A stretch of DNA of 63,631 nucleotides, filler included, from Octopus bimaculoides (taxonomy: Eukaryota): NCBI RefSeq assembly GCF_001194135.2. It is 6 parts of 6 records of this genome, joined end to end, with 100 filler letters (N's around TTAATTAATTAA, not from the genome) between each part and the next. Parts side by side here need not be neighbours in the genome. Positions count along the whole stretch, not along the records: positions 48,539 to 59,447 come from NC_068982.1; positions 59,548 to 61,836 come from NC_068983.1; positions 61,937 to 63,631 come from NC_068992.1; 3 more parts are not named here. One strand, written 5' to 3'. This document shows positions 51,442 to 63,631 of the stretch, piece by piece. The position numbers and the translations under genes were made by a program. The number at the start of each line of letters is the position of its first letter. Position 1 is the stretch's first letter. Below the pieces are notes generated by a model. The model searched no databases, was not told where the DNA came from, and was given only the letters and a program-made list of their open reading frames with translations.

Positions 51442-52787
51442 TCGACGACGACGACGACGACGATAGCAATCACTTTTTACTAACTTATCGACCCTGGACG
51501 GAATTAGGAGTCAGAATATTTGAGGAGGAGAATACAAACACTCTTATTTATTTAGTCCAACGCTCTACCATTTCTACAAACGTGGTATTCTGTGAACTAT
51601 TGAGGGAACCTCTACACTTGAGGTTTTCCCTTAGATCTGCTATAAAGATTCTCTTAAATCACCCATTTTTATCCAAGTCTGATTGTTTTTATAATTACTA
51701 CCACTGAGCTGTTTTCTAGTGGGCTCGTCACTTCGGCTGACATCGGAGACATTTTATCAGTATCGCTATCCCGAAGACTCCGTTTTTCGTCATAAAAAGG
51801 CCGGTGATAAGAAAACTTAGAACCCGAAAAGCCTGGACATATACTACATCAAGACATTTCGTCTGATTCTCCGCCATCATTAATATGGTGTTTGGAACAT
51901 AAATTATTGAAATTTGATGGAAGGTCTTAATTTTGTACACTCTAAATGAAAAGTTGTTTCATACTTGAAAGGATTTTCACAAGCTTATTTCGTCGTGAAA
52001 CCCTTACCGGATTTTTCTCAAACCGCGGAACTTATACATATATCTTATGGACGTAAATTCCAATAGACATTAAAGGGGGGAAATATTACTTCAGTGAGAG
52101 AATGTATTTATATAAAAAAAAATATCAAAACAGCAATACTATTTGAAATGGTAAAAACAAGAATTTTTTCCCGGTCCCATGGAGTACCCCGGTAACAATA
52201 TTGTGAAACACTACCTTAAATCACAAAATTACGATAAAAAATCTCTCCTCAAACGTGAAGATACAATGGAAAATGTAATCCTATATATTTACTGTCTCCA
52301 GAAACAAAGACGGGCGGACAGGCTTGGATCAAAGGTGAAACGGAACTACACAACAAGAACAAGAACAACGAAATTTTTCAAACTTGAAATGCTACTAAAA
52401 ATATTCATAAGACACCTACCCAACCCGTCATTGTTACCCAGAAAGAAAATTAAAAAAAATATAGACGATGAAAGACAAAAGTGTAAAACTACAAAACAAG
52501 TGAACGGCGTTCCTGTACTTGAGTTGGTCAATACATTGGTAAAGACTTCAAAAGTAATTAATAAATGTTGAGAGAAAAAAAGTCGAACAGTGTGTAGTAG
52601 TGATAGCTATTGTAGACACAGTAGTAGTTGTAGTAGTAGTAGTAGTAATAATGGTGGTAGTGATGGTAGATGGTGGTGGTGGTGGTAGTGAGGGTGGTGG
52701 ATTGATAGTGGTTATGGTGGCGAGTGAAACGGCAAGGAATATATAAACAAAAGACAAAACAAACAGGAAAAATTCGGTTGAAAAAGG

Positions 52788-52834
<47 letters not shown>

Positions 52835-52886
52835 CACATACACACATATAATGCACAATCTGTATGTATGTATCCACATATACATA

Positions 52887-52920
<34 letters not shown>

Positions 52921-52955
52921 CATATATACATATATACATATACATATATACATAT

Positions 52956-52986
<31 letters not shown>

Positions 52987-52999
52987 TACATATATATAC

Positions 53000-53032
<33 letters not shown>

Positions 53033-53288
53033 TGTATGTATGTATGTATACATATATATATTTACGTCTCCACATATACAGAGACAATTCAGAGAGAGAG
53101 AGAAAGAGAGAATGAATGTGTGTCTTCGTGTGAAAGAGATTGAGAGAGCAAGACAGAGAAAAATGAAGTGTAGGAGAAGTCCAATAGTAGCAAAATTGAC
53201 GCGAAGAGTTAATTAAACGTCTAGTGAAATACACTTACGTAAACACTTGATCAGTCACTGAATATAGAGATTGTGTGTGCGTGTGTGT

Positions 53289-53328
<40 letters not shown>

Positions 53329-53593
53329 GTCTGTGTTTGTGTTTGTGCACGAAAGTACGAATATACGAATGTATGTATATGCTTATTTATCTATGGAAGT
53401 GAAAAATACTTCTATAAAGATATATATACGCGCGCGCACACGCATACACACGTATATATATATATATGTTATGTAAATGCGTGGGTGCGTATATGTGATT
53501 CTGTGTGTGTGTGTATGTTTATGACTGTGTGTATGTATGTCTATGTGTGTGTATGTTTATTGATATATGTTCATGTTTGCGTGTATACATACA

Positions 53594-53625
<32 letters not shown>

Positions 53626-53865
53626 CATATATGTACGTATATGTGTATGTACATCTGTGTGTATCTGCGTACGTATTCAATTTCTAACGTATTTATAAAC
53701 ATATATATACTTTTATATATATATATATATATATATGCTTACATACCTAGTTTACTCCTACGCATACATACGTAGATACATACATACAAAAATACATACA
53801 TAGACACACACACACAAATATACATATACAGAGAAAGACAGATTGGAGGAATGATAGACAATGAT

Positions 53866-53901
<36 letters not shown>

Positions 53902-53997
53902 GCACGCACACACACACACACACCTTTCCTTCCGTCTCACTATTTCACTCTCTCTTTCTATACACACTGAAGCGCATATGTACGCGTTTGTGTATGT

Positions 53998-54078
<81 letters not shown>

Positions 54079-55252
54079 TGTGTGCTTGTCCTACGCGTGT
54101 TGTTCTTATTTGATACGTTTCAACCAGAAGAAGTCCTCTAGATATAATTGTAAACAGATGTATAAATATTTTCATCAATAATAAAGAAAAGAATTCTTGC
54201 AGTGAGAAAAGAAATAGAGGAGACCAAACATTCTTTATCCGAAGATATTTATTGGATGTATAATAAAGAATAGGAAGTTGAAACGGAATATTGAGGTTAC
54301 GAAAACCGGGCTATAAGGGGATTTGAGATGCTACAGTAGCTGGAGCATCACAAGGTGTGATTATTTATAATGCCTGAGGAGATTAGTACAAGCTTAGCCA
54401 TAGGAGGCTAAATGTAGGGTAAATTTTAACTGGGAGTTCATACAAGAATTGGGTCGAAATACTTTTATTGTTGATTGCCGTCATTTATCCCCCAAGTTTG
54501 TTCTGATTGAGGAAACCTATCATAAAAAGGTGTTTCAATCATGTCTGACTTGTCCTGTTTCTTCTGGTATTATCAGATTAGCGAAAGACCCCTGGTAATT
54601 TCATTGACAGAACTTCGGTAGATGCGATCACGGTGTTTCGATTAGTGGTTTGCTGCACTGTTTACGCCAACAGCCCACCGTAATGTGGTCTCTCACGCCT
54701 ACGCTTGCCCTAGCTATCGCCAAGCATAATGGTTCACTTGTAACTTGACGACTGACTGGCGATAAATATGATCGGCCTCGTCTTTATATTTCAGACACAG
54801 TGCCTCTGCTACTACTACTAATTTCTTTAATGTCTAATTATTGTTTATGAGGATTGTTTGACTTGAAGTAATGTGTTATTATGGCAAGCAGTCTCATCTT
54901 ACTTTCGTTTCATCAATTCATTAGATTTGAATCTAATTAAGCAGGTACCTTGTTTGTTTTTGTCGTGAAGCAGTGTTCGCTACATTAACATGACTGTATA
55001 TTGTTTAGCTTCAAGTCAGGCTAGTCTACAAACACATACAGTCAAAGCCGTTCAAACCGTGACAATCACTATTTTATTTTTGTCATTGTTCTGATATAAC
55101 GGATCTCGGAAAACATTGTCCAAATGTGTCCTTCATATTTTCAGACAGCAAGGCGGCATGATTTGAGGGAAATTTGGAGAGTTAAGTCACTGATGCGTCT
55201 TCATGGGTCTGTCGATTGGAATGAATAGTAAAGTGTAAATAAAGAATAAAAT

Positions 55253-55410
55253 GGCTGGCTGTGTGGTAAGAAGTTTGCTTTTGAGTTACATGGTTCTGGG
55301 TTCATCCCCACTGCATGGTACTTTGGACATGAGTCTTCCATCCACTATAACCCCAGCTCGACCAAAGCCTTAAGTGAATTTGGTGAACGGAATCTGAAAG
55401 CACGTCGTGT
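55253..55410 (+). mobile_element. SINE family A 5' half
   Basis: tggctgtgtggtaagaagtttgc...ggttcatcccc...gaccaaagcc. Confidence 0.8.
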
Positions 55411-55989
55411 ATATACATACATATATAGATATATAGACAAATAGATAAATAGCTAACTGATAGAAAATAAAATGAACGACATTCTATATTTAAAATCACT
55501 ACAATTGTTTCGAAACATTTTTACGCCTATAGTACGTTGGTGAGATGTGAAGTGATTATCGTGATCTAAAGTGTAAAATGTGCCTCCTCAGGTGATTATT
55601 TAAATAAGTCCTTCGTTAGATATTCTCTTCATTGCACTTAGTGTGAGAATGCATAACCAAAGTGATGTGTCAGTTTTAGCAGTGTACAGACAAAGCCGAA
55701 CCAATTGATACAGTGCTAAACATAATACCATAATACCATTGCAATCAAAATAAAAAATACATAAATAAGAAATGGACGAAAAAAAAAAGGAGTCAGGTTG
55801 ACTATAAACTACCATTCTATCTTAATGGACAGATTGCAAGGAAGAAAGAGTTAAATAAACAGCTAATAAGTACCCTAAGTTTGGCCTTCATCCAATATAT
55901 ACCCGCCTTAGTAATTTTTCGTACAGCAAACTCTCAACTGAATTAAAAAGGAGTAGGCCTGTATGTTTACCGGTATGGTTACCTCCCAT

Positions 55990-56235
55990 TACTGCTGTAG
56001 CGTTTGTTTTGCTCTTACCATTGGACAGACCGACAAGGACAGCCATCGAGTGGACAGTTAAAAGAGGGAGAAGAAAAAGAGGCCGGACGGTGAAGACGTG
56101 ACAAAGAACAGTGCGGGAGGATTTGGCCATGTTGGGTGTCTCCTGGGAAGAAGGTTGCAATTTGGCTCAGAGTGGCACCGATTAGAGACCTTTCATCACC
56201 AGATGCTCTTTGAGCGAACAGAGATAACATAACAA
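55990..56235 (+). mobile_element. RTE LINE extreme 3' fragment
   Basis: LPLDRPTRTAIEWTVKRGRRKRGRTVKT*QRTVREDLAMLGVSWEEG matches the RTE C-terminal GRP..TW...DL pattern. Confidence 0.7.
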
Positions 56236-56371
56236 GTCTGTCTGATCTTAATTAATGATTATTAATTTAACCCGATGAATAATTTTATGATAACATTAGA
56301 GATCTTAATTAAGCTCGCTTTCTAATTTTAACACAGCATTAAGTTACATTGTTAATATTACATGAAGTGTG

Positions 56372-56803
56372 AGGCGGCGATCTGACAGAATCGTTTGCAT
56401 GCCGGATAAAATGCTTATCAGCATTTCATCCGTCTTTACGTTCAAATTCTGCCGTGCTCGACTTTGCCTTTCATCCTTTCGGAGTTGATATAATAAGTAC
56501 CAGCTGAGCACAGGGGGTCGATGTATTCGACTTAATCAATCCCCTAAAATTTCTGGCCTTGTGCCAAAATTTGAAATCAATATCACATGATGTGTAAAGC
56601 GGTGAACCAACAGAATCGTCAGCACGTCAGGCGAAATACCTAGCAGCATTCCATCCGTCTTTTCGTTCTGGGTTCAAATTCTACCGAGGTCGACTTTGTC
56701 TTCCATTTTTTTTCGGGGTCGATAAATCAAGCACCAGAGTTGATTTAAACGATTTTATCCTTTCCTTACAATTATTTGTGTCGTGCCAAAATCTAAAACC
56801 AAT
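56372..56803 (+). mobile_element. Two head-to-tail SINE family C copies (56372-56582 and 56597-56803)
   Basis: Both carry cagaatcg...gttcaaatt...gtcgactttg...gtcgat...gtgccaaaat. Confidence 0.82.
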
Positions 56804-57386
56804 ATAACATGGTGTGAGGTTAAAGTTATTGAATGCTTGGAGGAAGCAACATCGTGTTCCTATAGCCTTCAGTCTGTTAAAAATAGTCGATCAATTTAGG
56901 GAATCTTAAGCGTGTCGGGAGAGAAAAAGCGTTCCGCGTTTGTTTCGCCTCCTTACGTTGTACTGTGATACACTAAATCCGTAACCTGGTTTAACTTCAC
57001 CACCCGGTCCTTAAGTGACTTGGCCACGGTCACTCGGATGTCAGGATTCAGGTAAGATGAATGAGTTGAGGAAATCGTTCTCCTTTATTCCTTCCAGTTC
57101 CAGAGGTTCTGCGAAAAACATGCATATACACATACATGCACAATTACACAAATACACACACACACATATATATATATTCATATATGTATATTAATAAGTA
57201 TACACACATATATTTATATATATTATTTCTAAATCTCTCGAAGAGAGACATTCAGTAACAGTTCTTTAATGTAAAGGCTAATTGCCAACATAATGTGGCT
57301 GTCCTGAAAAGGACGATATTACTGTTATTATAGCCCCAAGAAACATATAGCAAGCTCGAAACGATGTTTCTTGGGGCTAAAACAAC

Positions 57387-57455
<69 letters not shown>

Positions 57456-57534
57456 NNNNNNNNNNNNNNNNNNNNNNNNNNNNNNNNNNNNNNNNNNNNN
57501 NNNNNNNNNNNNNNNNNNNNNNNNNNNNNNNNNN

Positions 57535-57567
<33 letters not shown>

Positions 57568-57644
57568 CATATATACGCACATATACATACACACACAAGA
57601 ACACATACACACAGAGATACACACGTAAACATACACAGATGTAC

Positions 57645-57951
57645 ATAGCCTCGGGCCGACCAAAGCCTTGTGAGTGGATTTGGTAGACGGAAACTGAAAG
57701 AAGCCCGTCGTATATATGTATATGTATATATGTGTGTTTGTTTGTGTNNNNNNNNNNCCCCCAACGTCGCTTGACAACCGATGCTGGTGTGTTTACGTCC
57801 CTGTAACTTAGCGGTTCGGCAAAAAGAGTCCGATAGAATAAGTACTAGGCATACAGAGAATAAGCACTGGGGTCGATTTGCTGGACTAAAGGCGGTGCCC
57901 CAGCATGGCCGCAGTCAAATGACTGGAACAAGTAATAGAGTAAAAAGAGTA
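57645..57951 (+). mobile_element. SINE family A lacking its tRNA head
   Basis: Starts atagcctcgggccgaccaaagcc and ends gactggaacaagtaatagagtaaaaagagta. Confidence 0.82.
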
Positions 57952-57981
57952 TATATGCATGCATGTATGTATGTATGTATG

Positions 57982-58047
<66 letters not shown>

Positions 58048-58508
58048 TACACATATACATATACATAAATATATATGGAAATACAAGCATACATACTCAT
58101 AGTCGCGTACAGACAACACACATACGCACACCTTCACGTGTATATATTTGAAAAATCTCTTAATTAATGACGCTAGTCAGTCGCTCGGCATTACATTATG
58201 TTTAATAAGCAATCTAGCAGAGTCACACAGAATCGCACAGGCAGAGAATACCATCACTCCAGAAATGTCGGTAAAGAGATCGGGGTGAGGCAGGGTGGAA
58301 TGTGTGAATAGCAGAATAGAATTCTGAACAGGAAGAGGAGAATGAAACCTCTCAATGAAAGTGTTATGAAGTGATTGGATGAAAAGCTTTTGGCTGGCGC
58401 ATAATAACAGGGATTGTATGGCCGTCTGCATGTATATGAGTGCGTGTGTTTATGTGCACGTGAGTGGTATTACTATCAATGAAAGTGCGTACAATCAAGT
58501 GCATATAT

Positions 58509-58545
<37 letters not shown>

Positions 58546-59447
58546 NNNNNNNNNNNNNNNNNNNNNNNNNNNNNNNNNNNNNNNNNNNNNNNNNNNNNNN
58601 NNNNNNNNNNNNNNNNNNNNNNNNNNNNNNNNNNNNNNNNNNNNNNNNNNNNNNNNNNNNNNNNNNNNNNNNNNNNNNNNNNNNNNNNNNNNNNNNNNNN
58701 NNNNNNNNNNNNNNNNNNNNNNNNNNNNNNNNNNNNNNNNNNNNNNNNNNNNNNNNNNNNNNNNNNNNNNNNNNNNNNNNNNNNNNNNNNNNNNNNNNNN
58801 NNNNNNNNNNNNNNNNNNNNNNNNTATATATATTATATATGTATATCTGTACGTATGTTTCGATGTATGATTGTGTGTGTATGTGTGTATATATCTCTCT
58901 CTATATATTTATACACATATATGTGTGTTTGTACACGTACATACACACACAAGAAACCTAATACACTATTGCACTCACATCCACATCCACTAATACACGG
59001 GCACTATGAAAATCGATATATATAAATATATACATATATATATACACACACACACACACATCCACACGCGCACACANNNNNNNNNNCACACACACATCCA
59101 CACGCGCACACACACACACACACACATACACACACACATATATATATATATATATATGCATGTGTATGTGTGTATAAGCTGAACGTGCGTATATTATGTA
59201 TGTATATTGATATGTATAATCAAACCACAGAAATTATATTCCCTAACATACACACTGCATATATATATATATATATATGCATGTATGTATGTATGTATGT
59301 ATATATATATGTATGCATGTTTGTATGTATATGTATATATAATCTAGCATATTACGTTGTTTTCACTAATGTAGCACAAATGCATGTATTTCTGATTCAC
59401 TGTTATAGAAGCTGGAGTGGGTGGTGACGTGTTTGTGTGTGGCGGGG

Positions 59448-59547
59448 NNNNNNNNNNNNNNNNNNNNNNNNNNNNNNNNNNNNNNNNNNNNTTAATTAAT
59501 TAANNNNNNNNNNNNNNNNNNNNNNNNNNNNNNNNNNNNNNNNNNNN
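59448..59547. other. Artificial linker 4
   Basis: 44 N + TTAATTAATTAA + 44 N. Confidence 0.95.
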
Positions 59548-59660
59548 TATATCTAAAACCCACACTTTATGTCTGTCTTTGTATTGTCTCCCTCATCTTT
59601 CGCTCTTGTAGCAAATAAATAAAATCATCATCATCATCATCATCATCATTATTATTATTA

Positions 59661-59718
<58 letters not shown>

Positions 59719-61085
59719 CATTGTTGTTGTTGTTGTTGTTGTTGTTTTACTTTACATAAGGCAGAAATGTTGGCAAACTGTAAAATATGAGGCAACAATA
59801 ATTTGTATGAAAATAAAGGTTGACCCAATTTAACCTCTATAATTCAAAACAACCCGATGACCTTTTTTGTATTACTCAACTTTTATTTGGGTGCTAAAAG
59901 ACTATTCATATCTTATTTACAGACGAAGGTTCTATTGTCATTTGTATCCGGATGTCCTTTACAATAAGATTAATTGTACACGCAACGCCAGATTATAAAA
60001 GATACTAATTTTCTACTCGGATATTCTTCACCAGATAAAAGACATTGAACAGTAACACCTGAATTGTATCTGAGTAAGACTTCTCGTTTGGGTAACATTT
60101 GAAAACAAACCAAGCGGTGATTGTGGTGATAATGGTAGGGACAAACACAAACACAAAAAGACACATACACACTCACATATTATACATTATGTTTTATGTA
60201 CATATGTAACGAAGTCTGTTATGGTGCAACGTCGGGATCACCAGCTTGTAATCGATGCCTTGAAATGTGCAACAGCAGAAATTAAATAGTAACGGTTCGA
60301 ATTAATTTGGTGCACAATAATATGATAAACGGTAGTCGATACATAATAGGAATGTCGGCGTCATAACCATTTTGTAAGGATTGATTCTTCGTTGATTGCC
60401 ATTATGTAAAGAGGAAAGAGCAACGATTGAAGTTGTGAAGAAAATATTTATTTTACCGTTACTTTATGCAATACCTTGCCTCGACTGGCAGGTGATGAAA
60501 TCTTAAAGCATGCGAAGTAAAGTTAGGTGTACATTTTCTTTGTATAGTTTGTGTTTGTGTTCTCGTCATTGTGTAGTAGTAACTACAGAGAGAAATAGAG
60601 TGATGTTGTAAGAGAAAATTAAGTAAGCTAGTTAAAGTGAGAGAGTGTAGGACGAAGGCTCGCATAGTCGCTGACTGCCTGCTTGTGGCCATGATTCTAG
60701 TGGTCCGTTTCACTAACTGATTGTCGCTCTCTCTAACTCGATTTGTCATTAACTGAGTTGTTACCAATTGACTGAGTTCTCACCAAGTGACTAACTGATT
60801 TTTGCTTGGAGGTTCTTGTTTTTATAACAATCCAGAAAGATAGACATATTGTTGAGAACAATGGATTTCGTTGGTGGTACTTGTCATCTTAATTCTAGCT
60901 TTTGGTGGCTTGTAAGAGGTTAGAACGGTTAAGTGCCAAAGACATTATTTTGCTTAGTTAAAGGCGTCTAGCAAATGTAAACTGTCACAGGAAAACTATT
61001 GTTCCACCGTGAGAAAAGTTCTGTTGAACTGTTACTTGAAATTTGGTTATGGTGGATCGAATCCAGTTCATGCCCGCAAGATTCA

Positions 61086-61162
<77 letters not shown>

Positions 61163-61836
61163 ACGACAAATAGCAATCCTCCACACTCTACTTTACTCTA
61201 CTAACATGCCAAACACCAACACGGGGGCACACTAGGTCGACTTGACATCCACATTTTATCCAAGCACCCGAAGGACACAACAAGAGTACGTCCTCGTTAA
61301 TGAAACATCTCCAGTGCTAAATAGGAAATATAAATAGATGTCATACCCCAATACTCACAGTTTATATAGTCACACAAACCCATACACAGACACGCACAAA
61401 CATGCGCACACAAGGAGACAGAGGTACACACACATACACACACACATATACAAACATACAAATATGAACACAAACATACACGAACACAAACATGCACACA
61501 AACACACAAACATGAATAGACAAGCACATGGATATGCAGAGTACATACATACATTTCATACAAAACGTGCACACATGCATACAAATATATATGCATACAG
61601 ACACATACATGCATACACATACATACAAACAAACAAACATACATACATGCATAGGGGATGTTTCTATGTGGCCTGCTTGTTTGTTGCACCTTGTTTACCA
61701 TTTTTGTCCTTGTTCTTTTGCCACGTCATGTACCCAGTTATGTATCTATATGTACATGTGGATGAACGTATATACATACATGTACATATATATGCATATA
61801 CTCATATATTGTTTGTACATACATACATACATACAT

Positions 61837-61936
61837 NNNNNNNNNNNNNNNNNNNNNNNNNNNNNNNNNNNNNNNNNNNNTTAATTAATTAANNNNNNNN
61901 NNNNNNNNNNNNNNNNNNNNNNNNNNNNNNNNNNNN
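61837..61936. other. Artificial linker 5
   Basis: 44 N + TTAATTAATTAA + 44 N. Confidence 0.95.
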
Positions 61937-61979
61937 ATATATATATACACATAATACATGCATACATACACTGTTGATG

Positions 61980-63456
61980 TTGTTGAAACATGACATATCC
62001 TGCACATGCGGTTGCACCTTGGGATGCCAAGAGCGACATTGTCTCTCTTGTTCACCAGGTACTTTGTGGCAATCTCCTGTTCCTGGATTGCAAACGCACA
62101 GCCTTCAAAGTATGATGTAGTGGTCTTGCGTCCAAGAGAGGCTGCGCCTCATGTCAATTCTACTGTCATCTTCAAGCTTTCGTTCAACATACCCATGCTT
62201 AGTCTTTTTCTTTGTATGCTGAGTGCTTTTTCAGCCAGGTCTTCTCTGAGGTAAGAGATCCCAGCTGTTTTGTGGCTGTATAGGAGACCATCAGGGAGAG
62301 AGTACTTCTTGAGGAACTCACTGCCAACTCGTACAATCTTGCTCACTTCACTTTTTAGCACTGCATTTATATATTATTTTTGCTGCTGTTGTTCAGCAGG
62401 TGATGCCTGAGTGATACCATACGGCATTCGAAGGCCGCCTGCACTGATCTCAGGCCTCTGCCACCTTCATTTCTTCTCAGGTAGAGCCTGTCAACATCAC
62501 TGTTTCTGTGGAAGTTCTCAGTTATTGTCATGATTTTGCGGGTTTTGGCATCAATGGAGTGGATTTCCTCTACAGACCAATCAAGTATCTCAAATGTTGG
62601 GATCAGCACTGGTACTGCAAATGCATTGTGGGATATTGTTTTGTAAGAGGAGAGTTCTGACTGCCACATTTTCCTAAGTTTGGTGTAATATTCTCGGGTC
62701 ACTCTATCTTTATTCACAGTGCCTTCATATGATACATTTTCGTCTATGCCCAGGTACTTGCAACATTCTTTGTATGGAATGGGGGAGATAGAGAGACCGT
62801 CGATGCACAGGTTTTGGGTTTGGGGGACTTACTTTCTTCGTTCTATAACCAAATATGAACGTTTTATTTGGCCAAATTCCATGCCCATATCAGCTGAAAA
62901 GGTTATTAATTCCAGTTGTTTTTTGGCATTGTTAATACATTTAGCATAAATTTTGAGATCGTCTTCAAAGAAATTATGAGTTACATTGATACTTATAATA
63001 GTTGAAGATCTTAGCATGTAACCATTTGTTTTATGCAGTAGGAACGATAATGGATTCAGTACCAAAATGAGAAGAAGTACAGAAAGGCTATCTCCCTGGA
63101 ATATTTCCTTTGAGATGCCTATACTATCTGAAACAATTATTCTATTCTCACTTGGAAGGGTGAGAACTATTGTCCACGTCTTTGTGATTCTCTCTATAAC
63201 AGCAATTAGGGTGATGGGTACTTTTGCCAGGTGTAGGCACTACAACAGCCATGAATGAGTGATAGTCAACTACCTTCTTATAGTCATGCCATACTGTCAC
63301 AAGGTTTCTACGCTGTTTTCTTACTTCAGACAGTACAGCTTTGTCTATTAAAAGTTGTTCGGTACATCCTCACATTCCTTTCTTTTCCCCAGCCTGTTCA
63401 TCAGTTACAATGCTCTTCGACTCACAACGGTCCTGGAATATTGGTCGAGGCAACTT
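61980..63456 (-). mobile_element. R4/Dong-type LINE fragment: RT through the start of the CCHC knuckle
   Basis: EQAGEKKGM*GCTEQLLIDKAV, IFQGDSLSVLL, FFEDDLKIYAK, GMEFG, NAFAVPVL, RKIMT, DVDRLYLRRNEGGRGL, AIQEQEIATKY and CRICH. Confidence 0.9.
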
Positions 63457-63631
63457 GTGTATGTATGTATGTATGTATGTATGTATGTATGTATGTATGT
63501 ATGTATGTATGTATGTATGTATGTATGTATGCATGTATGTATGTATGTATGCATGCATGCATGCAAGCATGTATGTATGTATGCACGCATGCATGTATGT
63601 GTTTGTGTGTGTGTATATATATATATATATA

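Noticed and set aside
51480-52571. ORFs 51728-51940 and 52179-52571 as genes or RT remnants
   Set aside because: No recognisable motif set or convincing splice context.
60455-60790. Possible solo LTR
   Set aside because: Composition is LTR-like, but termini, TSD and PBS/PPT could not be identified.
10516-63631. Many [12 protein letters not shown] and X-rich ORFs
   Set aside because: They are microsatellites and N gaps translated without stops.

Overview
Repeat-dominated, gap-rich eukaryotic DNA. It is most likely a cephalopod (Octopus-type) draft assembly, inferred from the AT-richness, extreme microsatellite load and SINE families that I recall as octopus repeats. The window is not one locus. 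Five identical 100-bp artificial linkers (44 N + TTAATTAATTAA + 44 N) join six unrelated pieces: 1-10471, 10572-31703, 31804-48438, 48539-59447, 59548-61836 and 61937-63631. I recognise no host protein-coding gene, only a few weak candidate exons. Most ORF-track entries are microsatellite or N-gap artefacts. The real content is transposable elements: three RTE LINE copies, a decayed Mag-type Ty3/gypsy element with LTR and PBS, three different Penelope-like elements (PLEs), two R4/Dong-type LINE fragments, two mariner fragments, three tRNA-derived SINE families and several minisatellites. Best leads: (1) a ~190-bp zero-loop palindrome made of two head-to-head copies of a minimal type I hammerhead ribozyme motif, directly upstream of a PLE ORF; (2) a second, unrelated hammerhead-like motif at another inverted junction; (3) a C4HC3 PHD-type finger inserted in the RT C-terminal region of an RTE ORF2; (4) a mariner with an internal inversion whose junction reads as transposase on both strands.
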